Positions 49,229-61,841 of a stretch of DNA of 64,000 nt are shown one piece after another. Every line of letters starts with the position of its first letter. Position 1 is the stretch's first letter. This DNA comes from Squalus acanthias (lineage: Eukaryota), in the NCBI GenBank assembly GCA_030390025.1, contig CM059438.1, positions 59,150,001 through 59,214,000 of the forward strand. Reading direction: 5' to 3'. The translations under genes and the position numbers were made by a program. Below the pieces are notes generated by a model. It worked only from the letters and a program-made list of their open reading frames with translations, did not search any database and was not told the DNA's origin.

Positions 49229-50761
49229 TGTGATAAAAGGTGCAGCAGACAACTGAGTTTGGTGAAAAGAACTTCAATCTTTATTGAAAAGGTAAGACAC
49301 AAATAACAACACTCTTAATACTCTAAAGGTGGGGAACACTTCGGTACAAGCGAGGGAAATGACAGCAGAACAATACTTCACCCCTCCCAACCCCTCTTTA
49401 CTAGTTAAGTTAGGTTTTGAAGGACCAGGGATAATGCTCACCAATCCTTTGACAGTTGGGCTAAATCGCGGTTTTGGGGTTCGCTGTTTATGGCGGTTAG
49501 TGTCTGCCATACCCCGCACGCGGTAGAGGACTTCACCTGTGTATCTGGCCAGTCTTCGCGAGTCCGCTGATGCGGTAGGATGTCGTTTTGGATCTATCTG
49601 GTGAGTACCCAATTTCTTTGGTTTAGCAGTAGGGTTTAGTCTTTGGGGAAAATCTTACCCAGGGGTAAGTCAGGAGTAGATTGTAGAGTGGAAACTTTGC
49701 GGTTCTTCGGGTTTTTCTTCCCTTGAGTTGGTCTTTGTTGGTCGCGGTGGCCTGCTATTACCCAGTCAGTTGGGGGTAATATGCGGTTGTTGGTTACTTG
49801 AGGCCTTTGGTTTCCGCGATGGTTTTAGGCCTTGTCTAGTGTGTCGGTCGACCTTGTGGAGCCGTCGGTGACCTGTTGCTGCTTGTTGCTCCGGGTGACT
49901 GTGTTGGGACCGTTGTTGGAGGTCCGTCGAGGTGGTATCTTCACGAGCTGGACTCAGGTGTGTCTGAGTGGTGAGCGATGCCGACTCGCTTCCAGCTCGG
50001 CTTGTCTTCTTCCTTGTTTCTTCTTCTTCTGATGACCACACTGAACTGCTTAACGGGCCTTCAATTATACTGAATTGAAGTGGCCTTATCTACCTGCCAA
50101 ATCTACTCAGTTCATTGTCTGGTTTTGGCGGGCTCGTTAATTGGTAACGACTTACTAGCGTGTTAACTGGTTTTTTAACAGGCCTTCAATCTCACCCATT
50201 GAACATGGCCTTATCTACCCGCCAAATCTGCTCAGTTCATTGTCTGATTTTGGCGGGCCTGTTACCAGTAATTGCTCTGTAAGTGTCAAATGGCTTTTGG
50301 GATGGCTTGCGTCCCATCGATCACCTTGGTTGATCACTGGTGATTGATTTCGTGTTTGGGTTTCTAGGCTGGACTCAGTCTTTCTATAGAATGGTCCTGA
50401 GTGGGTTTTATTATGCATGTTTCTGATGGGCCCTGTAATCGGTTTTGATGGGGCCTGTATTTTGGGTGGGACTGCTCTTCCCCTGGGTCTATTGTTCAAA
50501 TGTTAATGTCTGCTGGGGCTTGAGTGAGGTCATCACGGTTCCCCAGACAGTGTAATTAACTGCAATAGCCAAACTGCTTTTACAGAGGTCGAACCCACCT
50601 CCTTGTCCCTTTACAGGCCCAGACATAGTTTTAAAATGCCAAAACTTGTTTTTTGGTCTTAAATTCCTTAGGTTAGGCCCAAATGCATTTTTATCACTGA
50701 GGTAGTTCCAAAGTCCTTTTTCCTTAGGTTTTGGGGATCTGCAAATTTTGGAAACCTTACA
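49229..50761 (-). mobile_element. Probable long (~1.5 kb) solo LTR, ERV-like
   Basis: On the minus strand TGTAAGG...TATCACA, AATAAA ~55 bp from the 3' end, duplicated enhancer-like modules; no matching TSD found. Confidence 0.5.
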
Positions 50762-50816
50762 AGGCCATGGATCTAGTGGGCACTAACTCAACTCTGGCTG
50801 TGGCAGACGGTAATAT

Positions 50817-52495
50817 AATCCTGTGTACCCGGGCGTACTGATCCCTGTAACAGAATCCTGAGTACCCTGGTTTACTGATTCCTGTACCTGAATCCTGTGT
50901 ACCCTGGTTTACTGATCCTGCACCTGAATCCTGTGTACCGAGTGTACTGATCCCTGTACCTGAATCCTGTGTACTCGCGTGTACAGATCCCTGCACCTGA
51001 ATCCTGTGTACCAAGTGTACTGATCCCTGTACCTGAATCCTGTCTACCCAAGTGTACAGATCCCTGTATCTGAATCCTGTCTACCCAAGTGTACAGATCC
51101 CTGTATCTGAATCCTGTGTACTCGGGTTTATTGATCCAAGCTCCTGAATCCTGTGTACCCGGGTTAACTAATCCCTGTACCTGAATCCTGTGTACCCGGG
51201 TTAACTAATCCCTGTACCTGAATCCTGTGTATCTGAGTGTACTGATCACTGTACCTAAATCCTGTGTATCTGAGTGTACTGATCCCTGGACCTGAATCCT
51301 GTGTAACCGGGTTTATTGAACCGTGCACCTGAAACCTGTGTACCCCGGGAGTACTGATCCCTGTACCTGAATACTGTGTACCCGGGTGTACTGATCCCTG
51401 TTCCGGAATCCTGTGTACACGAGTGTGCTGATCCCTGTAGCGGAATCCTGTGTACCCGGGTGTGCTGATCCCTGTAGCGGAATCCTGTGTACCCCGGTGT
51501 ACTGATCCCTGTTCCGGAATTCTGTGTACACGAGTGTGCTGATCCCTGTAGCGGAATCCTGTGTACCCGGTGTGCTGATCCCTGTAGCGGAACCCTGTGT
51601 ACCCGGGTGTACTGATCCCTGTACCTGAATCCTGTGTACCCGGGTGTACTGTTCCCTGTACCTGAATCCTGTGTACCCGGGTGTACTGATCCCTGTACCT
51701 GAATCCTGTGTACTCGAGTTTACTGAACCCTGTACTTGAATCCTGTGTTCCCTTGTTTACTGTTCATTGTTCCTGAATCCTGTGTACCCGTACCCGGGTG
51801 TACTGATCCCTGTACCTTAATCCTGTGTACCCAGGTGTACTGATCCCTGTACCTTAATCCTGTGTACCCTTGTTTACTGTTCATTGTTCCTGAATCCTGT
51901 GTACCCGGCTGTACTGATCGCTGTACCTGAATCCTGTGAACCCAGGTGTATCAATCCCTGTACATGAACACTGTGTACCCAAGTGTACTGATCACTGTAC
52001 CTGAATCCTGTGTACCCATGTTTCCTGTTCCCTGTACCTGAATATGTGTACCCGGATGCACTGTTCCCTGTACCTGAATCCATTGTATCCGAGTGTACTG
52101 ATTCCTGGACCTGAATCCTGTGTACTCAGGTGTACTGATCCCTGTACCTGAATCTTGGGTACTCGGGTGAACTAATCCCTGTACCTGAATCTTGTGTACC
52201 CGGTTTTACTGATCCCTGTACCTGAATCCTTTGTACCCGGGTGTACTGTTCCCTGTACCTGAATCCTGTGTATGCAGGTGTTCTGTTCCCTGTACCTGAA
52301 TCCTGTGTACCCAAGTGTGCTGGTCCCTGTACCTGAATCTTGTGTACCCGGGTGTACTGTTCCCTGTACCTGAATCATGTGTACCCGTGTTTACTGATCC
52401 CTGCACCTGAATCCTGTGTACCCTTGTTTACTGATCCCTGTACCTGAATCCTGTGTACCCGAGTTTACTGATCGCTGAACCTGAATCTTTGTGAC
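50817..52495. repeat. 37-bp minisatellite TGTACTGATCCCTGTACCTGAATCCTGTGTACCCGGG, ~45 copies
   Basis: Periodicity read directly. Confidence 0.96.
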
Positions 52496-53423
52496 CGGAT
52501 GATCAAGTGCTGAATGTTAAAAAGAAACATCTGTGTCTACACGTCGGGCGATGTGGATGTTGTACCACTAAATCCGCATTCTATTTATAGGTCAGCATGA
52601 TTCAGGGTCGATTATCAGTACTGATCACTTGAAGCTGAAATGACCGCAGTCACTTATCTATTTCACAGAACATTTACCACAAATTCTGAAACTGTGCAGC
52701 TGGAGTTGGTTTGTTTTCAGACCCAGGGCAGTTGTCTGACTGACCGAGATCGTGCAGCAGTTGAATCGACACACCCCAAACCCCAGCTTGGAAGGTAGGG
52801 GAAGGAGCAATGCCAAAGCTTGGTCTGTTGCAGTGAGCGGCCAGTGGCTGCAGGTGCTGACGTTAGCGGAGATGGGAGCTCTGCTGTCCTCACTGATCTG
52901 GTGTGTGGAATCGCAAGTCGGTTACACCTACGCTTGCCTTTTTGCATGCCTGAATCCCAGATGTGGTGCAGTGGAGCAGATAGTCCATGCCTGCTGGTTG
53001 AACAGGCTACACGCTGTTGTGCTGCACTTGTATAGGGCACCAGCGTTGTCCCTGCTCCATCACAGCAACAGCTGGAGGTCTACCATTGGCCTCAGTGCCC
53101 CTGGACTATGCACAACTGTCAGGCGCCCTGCTCCTGTAGGCCTCAGACTCAGCTCTGATGCACCCCATGGTGGAATAGTTTGCCAATACTTAGGCCCTAA
53201 CATTCCTCCCTTAGCTGTGTGTATAAATGTGTGTAGTGTGGGTCTTTTGGAGTGGATGGGGGTGGAGGAAGATCTTTAACATTCCCCCTCCCACGCCACC
53301 ATCATCCAGTGCCAGGATCAAACACCCCGCTCAGATTTAACATGGGGCAGTTGATGTCAATTTTCTGCCCCAATAAGGAGCTTCCCCGCCACCTTTGGGA
53401 GAGTTTCTCCCACCGCACCAGTT

Positions 53424-53950
53424 ACAACAACAACAACAGCTTGTATTTATATAGCGCCTTTAACGTAGTAAAACGTCCCAAGGCGCTGCACAGGAGTATT
53501 TTAAGACAACAAATTTGACACCGATCCACATAAGGATAAATTAGGGCAGGTGACCAAAAGCTTGGTCGAAGAGGTAGGTTTTAAGGAGCGTCTTAAAGGA
53601 GGAGAGAGAGGTCGTGAGGCGGAGAGGTTTAGGCAGGGAATTCCAGAGCTTAGGGCCTAGGCAACAGAAGGCATGGCCACCAATGGTGGAGCGATTATAA
53701 TCAGGGATGCTCAAGAGGGCAGAATTAGAGGAGCGCAGATATCTCGGGGAGTTCTGGGGCTGAAGGAGATTACAGAGATAGGAAGGGGCGAGGCCATGGA
53801 GGGATTTGAAAACAAGGATAAGAATTTTGAAATTGAGGCGTTGCTTAACCGTGAGCCAATGTAGGTCAGCGAGCACAGGGGTGATGGGCGAACGGGACTT
53901 GGTGCGAGTTAGGACACGGGCAGCCGAGGTTTGGATGACCTCAAGTTTAC
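53424..53950 (-). mobile_element. L2 LINE 3' fragment
   Basis: LADLHWL...FKILILVFKSLHGLAPSYL...LRSS...GGHAF...PKLWNSLP...FKTLLKTYLF; GGCGCTATATAAAT and (TTG)n tail. Confidence 0.92.
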
Positions 53951-54319
53951 GGAAATGACGGGCAGGGATAGACCAGCTGGTACATCAAGCCTGCCCCACA
54001 CTCGTGATGCCTGGTGAATCACGACCAGACACTTCCACCCCCGCAACAGCCCGCTCCTGGGAGAGGCACAAAGCAGAAAAACTCAGCCAATAAGGGAAAA
54101 ACTTTCTGGACAATTCCTGTCCCACCCCCTCAGTCCAGCAGATCACAGGGACCAGGCGGGGTGAACGACGTCATGCCTCCATTCCCCACAGCCTATCCTG
54201 GGGCAGGTTGCCCATTTAGTGACTCTTGGTGCCATGTCTGATGCTGTGATCCCTCCTCACCACATCGATGGGTCAGGATTCCTCAGGCTGGCTACTTCCG
54301 TGTGATCGCAGCCAAGGTT

Positions 54320-57300
54320 CTCCCTCCCCTCGCCCCCCACAATCCCCCCTCTCCTCAATCCCCTCTCCTCAATCCCCCAATCCCCTCCCCCCTCCCATTG
54401 CCCCCTCCCCTCAATCCCCTCCCCTCGCCCCCCACAATCCCCCCTCCCCACAATCCCCTCTCCTCAATCCCCTCTCCACAATCCCCTCTCCACAATCCCC
54501 TCCCCCTCCCCACAATCCCCTCCCCCTCCACACTCCCATTAATCCCCAATCCCCTCCCCCTCCCCTCATCACCTCCCCTCCCCCCCTCCCCTCATGCCCC
54601 CTCCCCTCACCCCCTCAATCCCCTCCACTCAATCCCCTCCCCTCGCCCCTCCTCCCTTCCCCTCAACCCCCTCCCCTCGACCCCCTCACCTCAACTCCCC
54701 TCCCTCATCCACCCTCTTCTCACCCCCTCCCCTCCCCACGACCCCCTCCCCTCGACCCCTCCCCTCGGCCCCCCTCCCCTCATCCCCCCTCCCCTCGATC
54801 CCCTCCCCTCGGCCCCCCTCCCCTCGTCCCCCCTCCCCTCGATCCCCTCCCCTCGGTCCCCCTCCCCTCGACCCCCTCCGCTCGATCCCCTCCCCTCGGT
54901 CCCCCTCCCCTCGATCCCCTCCCCTCCTCTCCCCATACCTCGACCCCCTCCCCTCGACCCCTCCCCTCGGTCCCCCTCCCCTCGATCCCCTCCCCTCCTC
55001 TCCCCTCACCTCAACCCCCTCCACTCGACCCCTCCCGTTGGTCTCCCTCCCCTCAATCCCCTCTCCTCGGCCCCCCTCCCTTCGATCCCCCTCCCCTCGA
55101 TCCCCTCCCCTCAACTCCCCCCCTCATCCCCCCTTCCCTCACCCCCCCTCCCCTCCCCTTGACCCCCTCCCCTCGACCCCCTCCCCTCAACTCCCCTCCC
55201 CTCGTCCCCCCTCCCCTCACTCCCCTCCCTTCCCCTCGGTCCCCCTCCCCTCGACCCCCTCCCCTCGGTCCCCCTCCTCTCGACCATCTCCCCTCGTCCC
55301 CCCTCCCCTCACTCCCCTCCCTTCCCCTCAACCCCCTCCCCTCGACCCCCTCACCTCAACTCCCCTCCCTCATCCACCCTCTTCTCACCCCCTCCCCTCC
55401 CCACGACCCCCTCCCCTCGACCCCTCCCCTCGGCCCCCCTCCCCTCATCCCCCCTCCCCTCGATCCCCTCCCCTCGGCCCCCCTCCCCTCGTCCCCCCTC
55501 CCCTCGATCCCCTCCCCTCGGTCCCCCTCCCCTCGACCCCCTCCGCTCGATCCCCTCCCCTCGTCCCCCTCCCCTCGATCCCCTCCCCTCCTCTCCCCAT
55601 ACCTCGACCCCCTCCCCTCGACCCCTCCCCTCGGTCCCCCTCCCCTCGATCCCCTCCCCTCCTCTCCCCTCACCTCAACCCCCTCCACTCGACCCCTCCC
55701 GTTGGTCTCCCTCCCCTCAATCCCCTCTCCTCGGCCCCCCTCCCTTCGATCCCCCTCCCCTCGATCCCCTCCCCTCAACTCCCCCCCTCATCCCCCCTTC
55801 CCTCACCCCCCCTCCCCTCCCCTTGACCCCCTCCCCTCGACCCCCTCCCCTCAACTCCCCTCCCCTCGTCCCCCCTCCCCTCACTCCCCTCCCTTCCCCT
55901 CGGTCCCCCTCCCCTCGACCCCCTCCCCTCGGTCCCCCTCCTCTCGACCATCTCCCCTCAGCTCCCCTCCCATCATCCCCCCTCCCCTCACCACCCCTCC
56001 CCTCGACTCCTCCCCTCGACCCCCTCCCCTCGAACCCCTCCCCCCAAATCTCCTCCCCTCATCCCCCTCCCCTCCCCTCGTCCCCCTCCCCTCCCCTTGA
56101 CCCCCTCCCCTCATCCCCCCTCCCCGCCCCTTAACCTCCTCCCCTCGATCCCCCTCCCCTCGCCCCCCTCCCCTCAACTCCCCTCCCCTCGACCCCCTCC
56201 CCTCACCCCCCTCCCCTCCCCTCAGCCCCTCCCCTCGATTCCCCTCCCATCATCCCCCCTCCCCTCAACTCCCCTCCCCTCATCCCCACTCCCCTCCCCT
56301 TAACCCCCTCCCCTCGATCCCCCTCCCCTCGCCCCCCTCCCCTCAACTCCCCTCCCCTCGTCCCCCCTCCCCTCACCCCCCTCCCCTCCCCTCAGCCCCT
56401 CCCCTCGGTTCCCCTACCCTCGGCCCCCTCCCTCCCCTCCCTTGTCCCCTCCCCTCGATCCACTCCCCTCGATCCCCTCCCCTCGGTCTCCCGCCCCTCG
56501 TCCCCCCTCAGCTCGATCCCCTCCCCTCGGTCCCCCTCCTCTCGATCCCCTCCCCTCCTCTCCCCTCACCTCGACCTCCTCCCCTCGGCCCCTCCCCTCA
56601 TCTCCCCTCCCCTCCCCTCGATCCCCTCCCCTCGGTCCCCCTCCCCTCGTCCCCCCTCAGCTCGATCCCCTCCCCTCGGTCCCCCTCCCCTCGATCCTCT
56701 CCCCTCCTCTCCCCTCACCTCGACCCCCTCCCCTCAACCACTCCCCTCAGCCTCCCTCCCCTCAATCCCCTCTCCTCGGCCCCCCTCCCTTTGATCCCCC
56801 TCCCCAGATCCCCTCCCCTCTACTCCCCTCCCCTCATCCCCACCTCCCCTCACCCCCCTCCCCTCTCCTTGACACCCTCCCGTCGACCCCCATCCCTCGA
56901 CCCCCTCACCTCACTCACTCCCCTCCCCTCAGCCCCTCCCTCAGCTCCCTTCCGCTCCGTCCCCCTCCCCTCGATCCCCAACCCTCCTCTCCCCTCACCT
57001 TGACCCCCTCCCCTCGACCCCTCCCGTCGGTCTCCCTCCCCTCAATCCCCTCTCCTCGGCCCCTCTCCCTTCGATCCCCCTCCCCTCGACCCCCTCCCCT
57101 CACTCCCCTCCCCTCCCCTCAGCCCCTCCCTCGGCTCCCTTCCCCTCGGCCCCCCTCCTCTTGACCCCTCCCTTCGACCCCCTCCCCTCAACTCCCCTCC
57201 CATCATCCCCCCTCCCCTCACCCCCCTCCCCTCGACCCCTCCCCTTGACCCCCTCCCCTCGACCCCCTCCCCTCGTCCCCCCTCCCCTCCCCTCAGCCCC

Positions 57301-59915
57301 GCCCCTCGGTCCCCCTCCCCTCAACCCCCTCCCCTCCCCTCAGCCCCTCCCCTCAGTCCCCCTCCCCTCGACCCCCTCCCCTTGGCCCCCCTCCCCTCGA
57401 TCCCCTCCCCTCGGTCCCCTATCCCTCGATGCCCTCCCCTCGGCCCCACTCCCCTCGACCCCCTACCTCGACCCCCTCCCCTCAGTCCCCCTCCCCTCGA
57501 TCCCCCTCCACTCGACCCCCTCCCCTCAGTCCCCCTCCCCTCGATCCCCCTCCACTCGATCCCCTCCCCTCAACTCCCCTCCCCTCATCCCCCCTCACCT
57601 CACCCCCTCCCCTCGACCCCCTCCCCACGACCCCTCCCCTCAGCCCTTCCCCTCGGCTCCCTTCCCCTCGACCCTCCTTCCACTCGACCCCTCCCCTCAG
57701 CCCCTCCCCTCAGCTCCCCTCCCCTCGGTCCCCCTCCCCTCGACCCCTCCCCTCAGCCCCTTCCCTCGTCCCCCCTCCCCTCGACCCCTTCTCCTCGACC
57801 CCCTCCCCTCAAGTCCGCTCTCCTCACCTCCCTTCCCTCCCCTTGACCCCCTCCCCTCAACTCCCCTCCCCTCATCACTCCTCCCCTCGATCCCCTCCCC
57901 TCGATCCCCTCCCCTCAACTCCCCTCCCCTCATCCCCCTCCCCTCAGCCCCTCCCCTCCCCTCGACGCCCTCCCCTCTACCCCTCCCCTCAGCCCCTCCC
58001 CTCAGCTCCCCTCCCCTCGACCTCAGCTCCCCTCCCCTCGACCCCCTCGTCTCGACCCCTCCCCTCATCTCCCCTCCCCTCGATCCCCTCCCCTCGGTCC
58101 CCCTCCCCTTGTCCCCCCTCAGCTCGATCCCCTCCCCTCGGTCGCCCTCCCCTCGATCCCCTCCCCTCCTCTCCCTTCACCTCGACCCCCTCCCCTCGAC
58201 CCCTCCCCTCAGCCTCCCTCCCCTCAATCCACTCTCCTCGGCCCCCCTCCCTTCGATCCGCCTCCCCAGATCCCCTCCCCTCTACTCATCCCCCCCTCCC
58301 CTCCCCTTGACACCCTCCCGTCGACCCCCACCCCTCGACCCCCTCCCCTCACCTCCCCTCAGCTCCTCCCTCGGCTCCCTTCCCCTCGGTCCCCCTCCCC
58401 TCGACCCCCTCCCCTCGTCCCCCCTCCCCTCCCCTTGACCCCCTCCCCTCATCCCCCCTCCCCTCCCCTTGCCCCCCTGCCCTCAACTCCCCTCCCCTCG
58501 TCCCCCCTCCCCTCAACCCCCTCTCCTCCCCTCAGCCCCTCCCCTCGGTCCCCCTCCCCTCGACCCCCTCCCCTTGGCCCCCCTCCCCTCGATCCCCTCC
58601 CCTCGGTCTCCTACTCCTCGACCCCCTCCCCTCGGCCCCCCTCCCCTCGACCCCCTACCTCGACCCCCTCCCCTTGGTCCCCCTCCCCTCGATCCCCTCC
58701 CCTTGGTCCCCCTCCCCTCGATCCCCTCCCCTAGGCCCCCCTCCCCTCGACCCCTCACCTCACCCCCTCCCCTCGACCCCCTCCCCTCGACCCCCTCCCC
58801 TCGATCCCCTCCCCTAGGCCCCCCTCCCCTCGACCCCTCACCTCACCCCCTCCCCTCGACCCCCTCCCCTTGACCCCTCCCCTCAGCCCTTCCCCTCAGC
58901 TCCCCTCCCCTCAACCCTCCTTCCCCTCAACCCCTCCCCTCAGCCCCTCCCCTCGGCTCCTCTCCCCTCGGTCACCCTCCCCTCGACCCCTCCCCTCAGC
59001 CCCTCCCCTCGTCCCCCCTCCCCTCGACCCCTCCCCTCGACCCCCTCCCCTCAAGTCCCCACTCCTCACCCCCCTCCCCTCAACCCCTCCCCTCAGCCCC
59101 TCCCCTCGGCTCCTCTCCCCTCGGTCACCCTCCCCTTGACCCCTCCCCTCAGCCCTTCCCCTCAGCTCCCCTCCCCTCAACCCTCCTTCCCCTCAACCCC
59201 TCCCCTCAGCCCCTCCCCTCAGCCCCTCCCCTCGTCCCCCCTCCCCTCGACCCCTCCCCTCGACCCCCTCCCCTCAAGTCCCCACTCCTCACCCCCCTCC
59301 CCTCCCCTTGACCCCCTCCCCTCGACCCCCTCCCCTCATCCACCCTCTCCTTACTCCCCTCCCCTCCCCTTGACCCCCTCCCCTCGACCCCCTCCCCTCA
59401 ACTCCCCTCCCCTCGTCTCTCCTCCACTCACCCCCCTCCCCTCAGCCCCTCCCCTCAGCTCCGCTCCCCTCAGTCCCCCTCCCCTCGGTCCCCCTCCCCT
59501 CGATCCTCTCCCCTCGGCCCCCCTCCCTTCGGTCCCCCTCCCCTCGACCCCCTCCCCTCGGCCTCCCTCCCCTCGGTCCCCGTCCCCTTGATCCACTCCC
59601 CTCGGCCCCACTCCCCTCGGCCCCCCTCCATTCGTCCTCCCTCTCCTTGGTCCCCCCTCCCCTCGATCCACTCCCCTCGGCCCCCCTCCCCTCGGCCCCC
59701 CTCCATTCGTCCTCCCTCCCCTTGGTCCCCCCTCCCCTCGATCCACTCCTCTCGGCCCCCCTCCCCTCGGCCCCCCTCCCCTCGGCCCCCCTCCATTCGG
59801 CCTCCCTCCCCTTGGTCCCCCCTCTCCTCGATCCACTTCCCTCGGTCCCACTCTCCTCGGTCTCCCCTCCCCTCGGTCCCCCTCCCCTCGGACCCCCTCC
59901 CCTCGGTCCCCTTGC
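54320..59915. repeat. 5.6-kb C-rich polypyrimidine low-complexity array (CCCCTCCCCTCGA-like units)
   Basis: Read directly; includes a near-exact ~670-bp internal duplication (~54640-55310 vs ~55310-55960). Confidence 0.98.
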
Positions 59916-60986
59916 GATCCCCAATACCCTTGGGTCCCCATTCTGCCAGGTTATTACCAACGGGCACAGTTAGATGGCGCTGTCCGAGATGTCTCTTCCC
60001 TCTCGCATTCCGACGAGGCTTGTCGTGGGGAGATGGCAGCTCTGGGGCACTGAGTGTGAGGCAGATCCTGCTGAGTGGAGAATCTGGGTCTGCCCAGAAC
60101 CCTCCTCCCGTCACCACCACCTCACCCACACGATCTCCACCCGCAAGGCGCTGGCTTGAATCGAACTGCGAGGCAAAGGTGTTTCAAAACCTTTTAAAAT
60201 GGAAAAGAAGAAGGCAAACGCGGGAATATTGTAACCTTTTCCTTTATTCCTAGTGTGTGGTAACCAGTGACAAATCTGTGCTTGTGCTCATTTCTCCTTA
60301 TCATTGCGGAGTGGGTGAAACCATTGCAGACGTAGCGGGGAGAAGCTTTCAGTACCTGGGATGTTAATACTTGCTGCAAACTCGATCACACGCACACACC
60401 GCACATAATAATTAAAGTACATAGTATATAGATCACAAAATTAAATTAAATATTTGAAAAATGCAACCTATCCCTCGCGCGTAACGAGGGCTGTTAGTTT
60501 TATTGTACAGCAGAGCAGGCCTCTATGGGAAAGGCCCAAGCCAGGCCTGAAACACAGCATAGCGACTCCGGAATCAGCAGGGTGGGGGCAGGGTGTGAAG
60601 TGCTCCTTCCTCCCCCCGCTATCCCCACTCTGGCGATGTCAGCGAGAGGCCAGGACGATTTTTGAGAGTTGGGCCTCATTTCGATGGAACAGGCGAGCTG
60701 CCGGGGCTCAATCGCGCTGCCTTAAGGCAGCTCACCTTTCGGGAGGGAGGGAGGGCGGGGGGAATCGGGGTACAGGCTGATGCGGGCCCGGGGCAGCATC
60801 TTAAAAGGGGAGTGTGGGGTGGGGGGGCGGAATCCAGCGGGGATCAAGCTGATGAGTGTCTGAAGAAGCATCTTAAAGGGGAGGGGCTGTAAAGATTGAG
60901 CGGGGGCGGAGTCAACAGAAAAGTTCTTAATTAAATTGTGAGAAGTCGCACAACACCAGGTTATAGTCCAACAGCTTTATTTGAAC

Positions 60987-61023
60987 TCACAAGCTTTCGG
61001 AGCGCTGCTCCTTCGTCAGGTGG
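60987..61023 (-). ncRNA. Minimal type I hammerhead ribozyme motif (inverted copy)
   Basis: Reverse complement reads CCAC-CTGACGA-A-GGAGC(AGC)GCTCC-GAAA-GC-TT-GTGA. Confidence 0.7.
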
Positions 61024-61112
61024 AGGCTTGCATTTTATTTCTATATATTCTTCTATGGAGTGAGATTTCTATGGAAGGTAAGTGCTGCATCTGTATGTGT
61101 GTCTGTATATCT

Positions 61113-61150
61113 TCACCTGACGAAGGAGCAGCAGCTCCGAAAGCTTGTGA
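61113..61150 (+). ncRNA. Minimal type I hammerhead ribozyme motif
   Basis: TCAC-CTGACGA-A-GGAGC(AGCA)GCTCC-GAAA-GC-TT-GTGA: core boxes, stems I and II, and palindromic AAGCTT in place of stem III. Confidence 0.75.
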
Positions 61151-61841
61151 TTTCAAATAAAACTGTTGGACTATAACCTGGTGTTGTGCGACTTCTCACA
61201 TTTGTCCACCCCAGTCCAACACCGGCATCTCCACATCATGGCTTAGTTAAATTGGATTCCGTGTTTTTAACTGCTGTAAGTGCTGCCCTTTACACTGTAT
61301 CTGGGACCTGCACACAGTGACTGGCTCCAGGGTGGACCCTGATACTCGGAATAAGTGAGATCTTTCGTTCGGGTGTACAGGCCCTTACACGCAGATCTGC
61401 TGCAGAATTTGCATCCTATGCAAATATGCCAACGTGCCTCTTCCATTCTCCATTGATAGTGTAATGAATGGCTACAAACGACACAAAGTGTGAGCTTGGT
61501 GACACTGCACACTTGCAATCACCATTCTCAGTCTCAGTAGGAATGCACGAGCTTGCAGTCACCAGTAGCTCAATGATAGAAATAACCTCCATCGCACTGA
61601 CCCAGGGCCAGAGGGAGGGCTGAGCCCCCAGTACAACTCTGCCCAACAGAACTACCGCTTTCAGCAAAAAACAGTGGCTGTTAGCATTCCATGTTTAACG
61701 TAAAATTGTTTGGGTTTGACTGATTCTACCACCTCACTTAACTGTGGGCAATGAGAAGCCTGACTGACCACTGTTGTCCAGTATAGGGCTGACTCAGTGT
61801 GGACACTGTGATACAGGACTGGCCATTGTTGTGATGGACAT

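Larger units (their letters stand above)
60939..61241. mobile_element. Miniature Penelope-like element: inverted pair of ~88-bp pseudo-LTRs plus 3' tail
   Basis: 60937-61024 is the reverse complement of 61112-61200; 13-bp TSD CTTA(A/G)TTAAATTG at 60926-60938 and 61242-61254. Confidence 0.85.

Noticed and set aside
54268..60253. Long Pro/Ser-rich and Gly/Arg-rich ORFs (up to 610 aa) resembling extensin or pherophorin
   Set aside because: Open in several frames on both strands because the C-rich repeat lacks stop codons; no domain or codon structure.
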